Source: Octopus vulgaris (lineage: Eukaryota). From it: 64,000 bases of DNA. A model generated the notes under the pieces. That model had not been told where the DNA came from and did not search any database. It saw only the letters and a program-made list of their open reading frames with translations. A program made the translations under genes and the position numbers. This document shows positions 53,547 through 64,000 of the stretch, one piece after another. Within the stretch, counting starts at the first letter, position 1, and every line of letters starts with the position of its first letter. Location of the stretch: the NCBI GenBank assembly GCA_951406725.2, contig OX597821.1, positions 2,356,001 to 2,420,000 of the forward strand. Direction: 5' to 3'.

Positions 53547-54438
53547 TATATACTACATATGTGGAAAATTGTCTGTGGGTGTGTTTGTGGAGTTGTTAGC
53601 TAACTCCTCCTACATAGTTTATCGATTTTGATGAAACTTGTCTTGTGAGTAGAATTCATGGCTGGAAACCTTATGGTACAATCAGATTGTTGCAAAAAAT
53701 TGATAATATGGCCCCTGGAAGAGATCCTTATATATATCAAATATATTTCATTTTAACAGTCAAGGTAAATAACCCATTCGCCAAGATTTTAACAGCCAAG
53801 GGATATAACCCATTCAATTTTCTCTTAATTTGGTATAAATCAAATTCATTATGCTTACTTCTTAGTATTTGAACTGTTAGATTTATTTTCGCAATTTATC
53901 CAGTACAATCCTTAAAGAAGTAAATAGTATTTCCCTAAATAATAGATCCACTTATTTCGGTTAGTGACTTATTCACGAATATACCAACACTAGCGCCGAT
54001 CAGGGTAATAGTCTCTGGGAACACGCAGAAGGCCTTTTCAGAGATATTTACTTCCAATTGTTATTACCTCATATCTGATTAGGCTTTTATTACGTAACAT
54101 GCTTCACGATTTTCGTATACATAGTATTTCCGCCTAAGTTCTATATACTCTGGGAACGCATTAAAGCCCTTTTCGGGGCTACTTTATTTGAATTCTTACT
54201 ATCGGATAACTAATTTCATGTTATAACATAAATGACTTCACAATTTGGGCATTCATATCTTATTGGGAATTCCTAAAAATAAGATCCTGTATAAATCATT
54301 TCGGTATTCTCTTTAAATGCAGAAAAACCGTTTTAATGGCTACATACATTGTGTTGTTGTTATTGGATTAGCGAAAGAATTATAACGGAACCAAGGGATA
54401 AACCACGCTTTCTGTTAGCTACCGGGAACGTCAGCTAG
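53547..54438 (+). mobile_element. Possible non-autonomous Helitron-like element
   Basis: 5' tatatactacat..gtctgt..cgattttgatgaaactt, and 3' accgggaacgtcagCTAG followed by T. Confidence 0.45.
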
Positions 54439-54441
54439 TAG

Positions 54442-54474
<33 letters not shown>

Positions 54475-54577
54475 AACTCTCTTATACACACGCACACGCA
54501 CGCGTACCTTCGGTTTGGGATCACCACTAATTTATTACATTACTTTATTATCTCCCCTTCTCCCTAGCTCTACTGTG

Positions 54578-54782
54578 TGACCCTTCTGTCCGGCATTCAT
54601 AATGATAGATCGATAGCCACTACACATTCTTTATTTTCTCTCGTTGTTTCCTTCTGTGTTCCTTTCTGTGGAAGAGAGTAGGCTCTAAATGTTAAAGACT
54701 TTTTCACTTCTTGAGCGTTATACTAATACATATGTTTGTTGTCTACACCACCTGTCTTCGTATTTTTTTGTGAATTCTCCCT
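54578..54782 (+). mobile_element. Neptune-like PLE 3' end with degenerate hammerhead-like motif (54662-54697)
   Basis: Close homologue of 62624-62832. Ends in (TA)n. Confidence 0.8.
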
Positions 54783-56055
54783 ATATATATATATATACGC
54801 CCTCTTTCCCTGACAGGGCATTGGTTTGGTGTAGTAGAAGCAGCTACCCAAATTGCCGCAGATGACACTGAACCCCAAAGCACATGCTTGTAAAGCGACC
54901 ATCTTAATTTCAGAGCCATGCTGAAAGTATTATAAAATTTAACCTATTAAATTGAGTAAGATTGTTTGGTCGATGAAGATATGCTTTGTGTTAACCCCAA
55001 CTACGAGGAAATGCAGAAACGATGACAATGGTAACCAATCAATAAAACCATGAACAAAAACTATGTGGAAACAAATCCAAGCCCCCAAACCGGCCACAAG
55101 AGCAGCAAAAGCATCTCACTGTGTCTCTGTCAGTGGTAAAACTTTGGTGTAGACGCATGTAGTAATGAATTGTAAATTTGCCTAGAAACGGTAACCACGT
55201 CTGAAGAGACAATATTGATATTTTTAATCGCACTTCGAATTCGAATTGAAATTAATCATAATGAGTTCTGATAATGTATTTTGAACAATGTCAAACTGCA
55301 TCGCTCTTATTGACTTTACTCAGCTGTCCCTAGCTTTCTGTTTCGGGATGGGTTGTACGTACGGAAAAGGCTCTCAGCGCTGCTACGCCTTATAATAATC
55401 CACAGTAAATAATCTTGCTGTTAATTCAGTTGACTAAAGTTTTTTGTCTTGCCCTTAGAAATCGGAATTAAAAACAACAATAATGTTATCTATAAGAAAA
55501 ACAATTACAACAAACCTCTTTAGCAACAGTAGTAGAGAAAAGAAGAAAAAGGAAGCACAACAGCAGTTTGAAGGAAAGAATTGATTATCAAACATAAAAA
55601 CCAACTGTAACTCTAAGGCATGTGTTGTCTCTCTAATAGGCTGTTTCCAGGGGAGCAATACAAAGGCGTATGAGAAAATCATAATGATCACATATGGGAG
55701 ACGTTGTGGATATGAAAGTATGGACAGGAGGCCAATAAAAGATTGAATAGATGCTTGAATGAAAGGAGTTAAAAATAGAAGAACAAATAAAGATAGGTTT
55801 TAAAATGAAGGGGACAAACAGGGAGACTAGTGGAAAGAGAGACACAAGAAAAAGAAAAGGAAAGGAAGAGGGAAGAAGAAATTAAGATGTCCATGTGAAG
55901 GACGAGCGATTGGATGTAAAGAAAAGAGAAAGAAACAAAAGGGTATTGTCGATGAGAGACAAAGAAAATAATATGTGTTACGTGAAAGAAAGGTGCATGA
56001 GGGGAAAGGAAGAAAGCGGAAGGTGGGGATGGAGGCTGAGATTAGAAGCAAAGAG

Positions 56056-56230
<175 letters not shown>

Positions 56231-56494
56231 AAAATCATGATGATGATGATAATAATGATGAGTAAGATGGAGCACAGGTGGGGAAATTGAATGGCAAAAA
56301 CAAGAGAAATTGCAAAAGATATGTAAAAGAGAAGCGAGAGAGGATGTAAGTAAAGAATTAATGTACAATCGTGATATTTCGTAGCCATTAAAAGTAATAT
56401 AAAGAGGGAAACAGGAAAGAAGAATGAATGAGTGGGGCTCGTCAACAAAAAAAATATAATCACAATTTATATACATATTCACATATATGTATAT

Positions 56495-56560
<66 letters not shown>

Positions 56561-57107
56561 TGCGTGTGTGTACATGCGTGTGTACAAGGATGCAAAAATT
56601 AAAGGATTGGTACGGTTAATAGGAACGCTAAAAGCAACAAGAACGAATAAGATGAGGGAAAAAGAAAAGAGTGAATGAGATAATGGAAGAAAGAACGATA
56701 ATAGAAGAAGGAAATGGGGGACAATAATTAGAAAGATGAAAGAAGGAACAATAATTACAAAAGTAGAAGAAATAAAAGCTCCACACTGAGAGACACTTTG
56801 AGATTTCCTTTTCTCCCTATTTTTTTCTTTTTTCTTTCCTACCTTCTTTCTTTCTGTCTTTCCTTTTCCTTCTATTGGGCTTCAGTTATTTTACCTGCCA
56901 CAGTATTCCAAGGGTTTCCGTCGTTTCTTCTTCGAGATATCTTGCTTACGATACATTCCTGTCTCTTTTTCTTGATGCTGTTGTTTGTCGTATATTTTCT
57001 TAGATGTTTCCTTTTTTTGCTTTTTAAATGGTATTTTACACTAACTCTTTACTTCGTTGTAGCTTTGCGTTTGTTGCGTAAACATCCACATGCCTTCGTA
57101 TTAATTA

Positions 57108-57364
57108 CTCTTTTACCCTTTTATTTGTTTCAGTCATTTGACTGTGGCCATGCTGGAGCACCGCTTTTAGTCGAACAAGTCGACCTACTGCTACTATATA
57201 TACATACTACTACATATATGAACCCGGAACCATGTGCTTGGTAAGCAAGCTACTTACCACACAGCCACTCCTGCGCTTATATATACATATATATATATAT
57301 ATACTACTACATATATGAACCCGGAACCATGTGCTTGGTAAGGCACCCACACACCACTCCTGCG

Positions 57365-57409
<45 letters not shown>

Positions 57410-57454
57410 TACATATATGAACGGAACCATGCTTGTTAAGCAGCTACCACACAC

Positions 57455-57498
<44 letters not shown>

Positions 57499-57550
57499 TT
57501 GTGGTATAGCTTACCAACACATGGTTCCGGGTTCATATATGTAGTAGTAT
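57108..57550. repeat. Rearranged cluster of CORE-SINE pieces: one tail, three minus-strand heads, one plus-strand head
   Basis: The junction tactacatatatgaacccggaaccatg recurs at ~57209, ~57306 and ~57407, and inverted at ~57520-57549. Confidence 0.8.
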
Positions 57551-57569
57551 ATATATATATATATATATA

Positions 57570-57970
57570 AGCGCAGGAGTGGCTGTGTGGTAAGTAGCTT
57601 GCTTACCAACCACACGGTTCCGGGTTCAGTCCCACTGTGTGGCATCTTGGGCAAGTGTCTTCTACTATAGCCTGGGGCCGACCACAGACTTGTGAATGGA
57701 TTTGGTAGACGGAACCTGAAAGAAGCCTGTCGTATATATGTATATATATATATATAAGTACGTGTGTGTTTGTGTGTCTGTGTTTGTTCCCCTAGCATTG
57801 CTTGACAACCGATGCTGGTGTGCTTACGTCGCCGTCACTTAGCGGTTCAGCAAAAGAGACCGATATAATAAGTACTGGGCTTACAAAGAATAAGTCCCGG
57901 GGTCGATTTGCTCGACTAAAGGTGGTGCTCCCTCATGGCCGCAGTCAAATGACTGAAACAAGTAAAAGAG

Positions 57971-57973
<3 letters not shown>
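57570..57973 (+). mobile_element. Full-length tRNA-derived CORE-type SINE (octopus OR2-like)
   Basis: tRNA-like head with ggttcagtccc B box, cttgggcaagtg core, internal TA/TG tract, LINE-like tail. Confidence 0.88.
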
Positions 57974-58028
<55 letters not shown>

Positions 58029-58029
58029 T

Positions 58030-58170
58030 ATACGGCGGGCTTCTTTCACTTTCTGTCTACCAAATCCACTCACAAGGATTTGGTCGGCCTAAGATACTAC
58101 GCAGTGAGATTGAGCGCAGAACCATGTGGTTTGTAAGCAAGCTACTTACCACGCAGCCACTCCTGCGCCG
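58030..58170 (-). mobile_element. Internally deleted CORE-SINE 5' half
   Basis: ctacttaccacgcagccactcctgcgcc head. Confidence 0.85.
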
Positions 58171-59253
58171 ATTCACAAACTTTTTTAAAAAACCGGCACT
58201 TATATCTAAAAGCTGTTTTGTATATAAAATTAGAATCAAATTTGTCAGCTATTGTCTTATTTTCTCCTTTTTTGGGGGGTTTGCTTTTAGCTAAAACCTC
58301 GCCGTATTTTACCGATTGATAGAAATGTACTCAAGTTCTTTGCAGGTTTTCTCAATTTTTTGCGGTAAACATTCTCCATGTTCAGATTAAAATTTGTACT
58401 ACAGTGTCAACAGGGAAGCTGTTACCACAGATGGAGTTTCAGTGAGTTGATGTTTCGGGGAGATGATTTCAGTCCAGGAATTAGTATTTAGACAAGGGGA
58501 AGAGATTGATCATAAAATTGATGTGCAATTCATTCTAAATAGGGCAAATGACTCCACATCTATGAACCAAACATTGTTAGGGGAAAAGGTATTTCACAGA
58601 GTTGACGATATTCTGCACAACCAACTTGGCGTGACGAATGTTTTAGGGAAGTTGGTGGGCACGATGTCCTCTAAAAGGGCAACAGGCTGATCGTATCACG
58701 GGATAATCAATCAGACGTAGTTTGAGACAGATCCAGCTGGTTTCTTTGACCTGTTTCTTACCCAGGGAGGGTGTTGGGATATCATTAATTTGAGCCAGAC
58801 ACTTACAGACAATTCATGCGGGAGAAACACACCCACTCACCTGCTCCAGAATAAGACCAAGTTCGTTTCATCTGCCGTGAGTGTCTCAATTATTTGGGAT
58901 GCAGAATGCAGTGATGGTAAGGTCACATCAGCTGTTGTGTGGGGACTATGTTGAAAAGTAGACTTAATTTCGTGATATTCCATGAGAGAATATCTTCGTC
59001 AGCCTGTAGATCTTACAGGCGATCATCGTGTATACACATACATACAACAATATACACGCATACACACTCATACACACACCAACACACACGCACATATATA
59101 TGTCTATATACATATGTCAGATATATGGGCACATAAATCTCTCTTTCCTTCTCTCTCTCTCTCTACACACACACACATGTATATATGTATACAAATATAT
59201 ATATATATATACACACAAATATATATATATATATGTATATATATATATGTATA

Positions 59254-59307
<54 letters not shown>

Positions 59308-59905
59308 CATACATACATACACACAAACTCATAGACACACATATATGGACGATAAAGTACGTGACGTAAGCTACAGTACACTGAAATACTTTGATTATGT
59401 GAGATCGTTCTTGCAATTAGAAGATAAAAAAAGAAAACAACATCTACATCCCTGAAAGTTTAATGTCCAGAGCACGTGAGGCATCACAACTAGTCTTAGA
59501 AGATCTAATTTTTGAGAAAATATAGACAAAGTTCTGAGGCCAGAATCTAGTTATTAGGACCGATTCGATCTATATATAATTGGAGGTATGTTGCTTGCTA
59601 TTTTTAAAGAATCCAAAGCTGATAATAGAAGTTGCAAGGATGATATCAGGTAATAGAAATTTTCGGCTGAAACTTTTATATATAACGAATGTGCTTACGT
59701 ATAATTGGCAGTCCGCACTGACCTATGATATCAAATATCCCTCGTGGCATTACATATGTGGTTTTACTAAGAACGATAACAAATAAGTTTACGTGGTTTC
59801 ATGTGTGTTGTGTACTTTCAGATATGCTCATAGTTTAGTGCGTTGGTATATAGGGATACATACATACATATATATACATATATACAGAGAGAGGGGATAA
59901 ATTAC

Positions 59906-59955
<50 letters not shown>

Positions 59956-60044
59956 GTATAATCTTTCTCTCTCTCTATATATATATATATATGTGTGTGT
60001 ATGTATATATATATATATATATACATAGATACATAGATACATAC

Positions 60045-60076
<32 letters not shown>

Positions 60077-60139
60077 GAGTGTGTAACAATTTATGCAGTA
60101 GGTTATACATACACGTTATATATGCTTCTGCATATGTGG

Positions 60140-60173
<34 letters not shown>

Positions 60174-60318
60174 ACATTTCCTTCCATATACACATGAAAA
60201 AAAAAGGTGCGTAATTATAAACACGTGCGGTTATATATGAGTGCATATGAATATATACGAATAACACGCAAACATTCACACATGCACAATCACAGATGTA
60301 CACACACATACGTACATA

Positions 60319-60364
<46 letters not shown>

Positions 60365-60932
60365 ATTACCTGAGATAGACAGGGATATAGCAAGATAGGA
60401 TATGACAGATCAATATATATATATACATATATATGTGTGTGTGTGCCTGTGGGCGTGGAGGTGTATATCCGCATATGTACTCGTATGTGCATCTATGTGT
60501 AATTGTGTGTGATTGTGTGTATTTATATACATGTTTATGTATATAAGTGTGTAGGTATAAAAAGGAGCGAGAGATTGAGGGAACGAAGAAATAAAGAAAC
60601 AAAGATGGTGAGAAAGGAACACAGATGCATTGATAGCAAACATATAACAATGAACATGACTACCCGGATATGTGCGCATGCGCGGACGAAAAAGATGGAG
60701 ATTATGATGATAATAATAGAAGCAGGTGTGTGTAAAGCTTCTACATAATAAAGTCTTATCAGTGTCGATTCTCAAGGGACAATAATTTCGATTCCAACAA
60801 GCTTGAATAGATATACTATTGTACTCTGAACGAGATAGGTGAAAGAGGAATGCATACTTCAGGCGGTGAATGGAGTTATGTAGTACGATGCCTTGAGGAC
60901 TCCACTTATTAGACATTCTATAATATACATAC

Positions 60933-61089
<157 letters not shown>

Positions 61090-61299
61090 TATGTATATAT
61101 ATTCTTCTCTCTATCTATCTCTCTCGCTCTCTCTCTATATATATATACATACACACACACACATATATATATTCATTCATATATGGATCTATATAGCATG
61201 ATATATACATACATACATACATATATATATATGTATATATATGTATACATACATATATATATGTATATATATGTATGTATACATATATTCTTTTATTCG

Positions 61300-61673
61300 T
61301 TTATACTTTCATTTGTTTCAGTCATTTAACTACGGCCATGCTAGCGCACCGTATTTAGTCGAACAAATGGACACCAGGACTTATCCTTTGCAAGCCTAGC
61401 ACTTATTCTATCGTTCCGTTTTGCCGAACCACTAAGTTACAGGAACGTAAATGCACCGATATAGGTTGTCAAGCGACACAGACACACAAACACATACATA
61501 TCTATGTACATATATGCGACGGGTTTCTTTCAATTTCCGTCCAACAAATCCACTCACAAGGTTTTGGTCGGCCTGAGGCTATAGGTAAATGCACTTACTG
61601 AGGGTGTCACGCTGAGGGACTGAACACAGATCTATGTGGATGAAAAGAATGCTACTCACCACAGAGCCACTCC
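61300..61673 (-). mobile_element. Diverged full-length CORE-type SINE
   Basis: Reverse-complement colinear with 57570-57973. Confidence 0.8.
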
Positions 61674-61741
61674 TATATATATAATTAACAAAATGAGATA
61701 CAAATCCAAGGCTCTGAAAGATTTCAGGGCATTTATAAATA

Positions 61742-61792
61742 AGTCTTACAGCTGTTTCCGGGAATTTTTTATATATTCCTTCATCAGAGACT
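61742..61792 (-). ncRNA. Type I minimal hammerhead ribozyme motif in a PLE-end fragment
   Basis: AGTCT CTGATGA A GGAAT-ATATAAAAA-ATTCC CG GAAA CAGCTG TA AGACT. Confidence 0.75.
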
Positions 61793-61937
61793 GTGTGAAA
61801 AATTGGTTAAGCAATAGTTATTCTAGATAAGATATGAAATAGAGAGTGAAGTGGAGGAATGAAAACTGACGTGACATATGCAGGGATCTTGTATCTGCAG
61901 TTCCATTATTTAGGCAGAATGGTATACATATATGTTT

Positions 61938-61997
<60 letters not shown>

Positions 61998-62035
61998 CAC
62001 ACACACACATATATGTGCACACACACACACATACA

Positions 62036-62092
<57 letters not shown>

Positions 62093-62100
62093 TACACATG

Positions 62101-62169
<69 letters not shown>

Positions 62170-62436
62170 TTATGTATGCATGTGTGTATGTATTCACGTA
62201 AGTGTGCGTGTGTGTGTACGTGTATATTTCTACCACCAATTCATTCACCAGCTCCATTGAATGTACAACCACTACAGGATACCTGTAAATGTTTGTCGAG
62301 CGGCTATGTAATGAAGAATAAATGTTAACTATCGGTACGAGGTTTTTAGAAAATTTACATACAAGTAATCTCTTTTACGAATATATATGTAGACATAAAT
62401 ATATGTATGTAATTATATATGCACTCATATATCAGA

Positions 62437-62467
<31 letters not shown>

Positions 62468-62468
62468 A

Positions 62469-62521
<53 letters not shown>

Positions 62522-62551
62522 CCCCACCTACCTACCTACCTACCTACCTAC

Positions 62552-62623
<72 letters not shown>

Positions 62624-62829
62624 GACCCCTCTGTCCGGCATTCGCCATGATAGATCGCTAGCCACTCCACATTCTTTATTTTCTGTCCTTGTTTCTTTCT
62701 GTGTTCCTTTCTGTTGAAGAGCATAGGCTCGAAACGTTAAAGACGTTTTCACTTCCCGAGCGTTGAACTAATACATCTGCTTGTTGTCTACACCACCTGT
62801 CTTCGTCTTTTGTTTTTCTGTGAACTTTC

Positions 62830-62832
<3 letters not shown>
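62624..62832 (+). mobile_element. Neptune-like PLE 3' end with hammerhead-like motif (62707-62742)
   Basis: CTTT CTGTTGA A GAGC-ATAG-GCTC GAAACGTT AAAG. Homologous to 35846-36046. Confidence 0.8.
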
Positions 62833-62874
<42 letters not shown>

Positions 62875-63397
62875 TGTATATACATATATTTCTGAAAAAC
62901 AAGAACAAAAATGTGCTACTTTCTTAAAATTGGGTACATTTTTATTTTCCTTTTACATGTTTCGGTTTTTGAAAAACCTTATCAAGAATATGTACTAAAA
63001 TGGGATAAGTAAAGAGAAAAGATCTATTAAAAAAATTAAATTAAAATTCAGATAAACTTTCATAGTTTACTTTCCTTTTTCCTGCAAGAAATACATGATA
63101 ATATCCTTTGGTTCTGGTAGAATGACAAGATCAACTGACTGTGACCGCAAATTACTACAATTGTCTGTTTTTGTAAATCGAATAGTGTGGTCAACACTTG
63201 TTTTCCTAGGTCTGGCTGTAGCGGTTGAATAACTAGCAGCAGTAATAATAATAGTCGTCGTGGTGAAGTTGTCCCCCCCCTGGGGTTTTAATAGAAATCG
63301 GTTGCTTCGACCTCTTGTCATTATTTCTTACACACTCACTGAAGCACACACACACACACATACATATATATAAGCATTTGTACCCACACACATATTT

Positions 63398-63607
63398 CGG
63401 CGAGCTGGCTGAAGAGTTAGCACGCCGGGTGAAATGCTTAACAATATTTCGCCTATTTTTACGTTCTGTGTTCAACTACCGCCGAGGTCGTCTTTGCCTT
63501 TCTTCCTTTCAGAGACAATAAATTAAGTACCAGTTGCGTACTGTCAGCGATCTGATGGATTGGGCCCCTCCCCAAAACTTCGGGCTTTATGCCTTGATTA
63601 AAAAAGA
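63398..63607 (+). mobile_element. Meta-like SINE
   Basis: ggcgagctggc..gttagcacgccgggtgaaatgctta..gaggtcg..aattaagtaccag. Confidence 0.8.
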
Positions 63608-63777
63608 ACATTTTACCGTGTTGAAACATATGGATAGTAAGAGTTCAATTAGTAGATATTTAGATCTATCTATCTGTCTATCTGTCTGTCTGCCTGTCTA
63701 TCCATCTATACACACACATATAGATACCTCCTGAATTATAACTGTATCATACATTTTCATAATAGTGTGCTTTCTGT

Positions 63778-64000
63778 TAAGTAGCTTGCTTACGAACCAC
63801 ATGGTTTCACGTTCAGTCCTACTGTGTGGCACCTTGGGAAAGTGTCTTCTACCATAGCCTCAGGCCGACCAAAGCCTTCTGAGTGAATTTGGTAAACGGA
63901 AACTGAAAGAAGCACGTCGTATATATGTATATATATATATATATATATACTCTTTACTCTTTTACTTGTTTCAGTCATTTGACTGCGGCCATGCTGGAGC
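63778..64000. mobile_element. CORE-SINE 5' half (+) followed by a SINE tail (-)
   Basis: 63778-63925 matches the SINE head and core. 63950-64000 is the reverse complement of the SINE tail. Confidence 0.85.

Noticed and set aside
58200-59010. Possible old LINE RT remnant on the minus strand
   Set aside because: Too degraded, with only a weak ADE/ADD-like hint.

Overview
This is AT-rich eukaryotic intergenic or intronic DNA saturated with (TA)n, (TG)n, (TATG)n, (GATA)n, (AAT)n and (GAT)n microsatellites. The SINE families and repeat landscape suggest an octopus genome (inference). No host protein-coding exon could be supported, and almost all short ORFs in the track are microsatellite artefacts. 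Recognisable content: one CR1-group LINE with an uninterrupted endonuclease+RT frame, two RTE LINE fragments, three Penelope-like element (PLE) bodies (one Naiad-like with ~920-bp inverted arms, two Neptune-like), many short PLE 3' ends, several decayed Tc1/mariner elements, three tRNA-derived SINE families, a probable non-autonomous Helitron and a 28S rRNA fragment. The most interesting signal is about 12 minimal hammerhead-ribozyme-like motifs with several non-canonical cores in PLE termini, most of which abut (TA)n. These come with repeated fold-back palindromes, one of which (400-749, perfect, 350 bp) turns around at the predicted ribozyme cleavage site of a circularly permuted ~360-bp unit.
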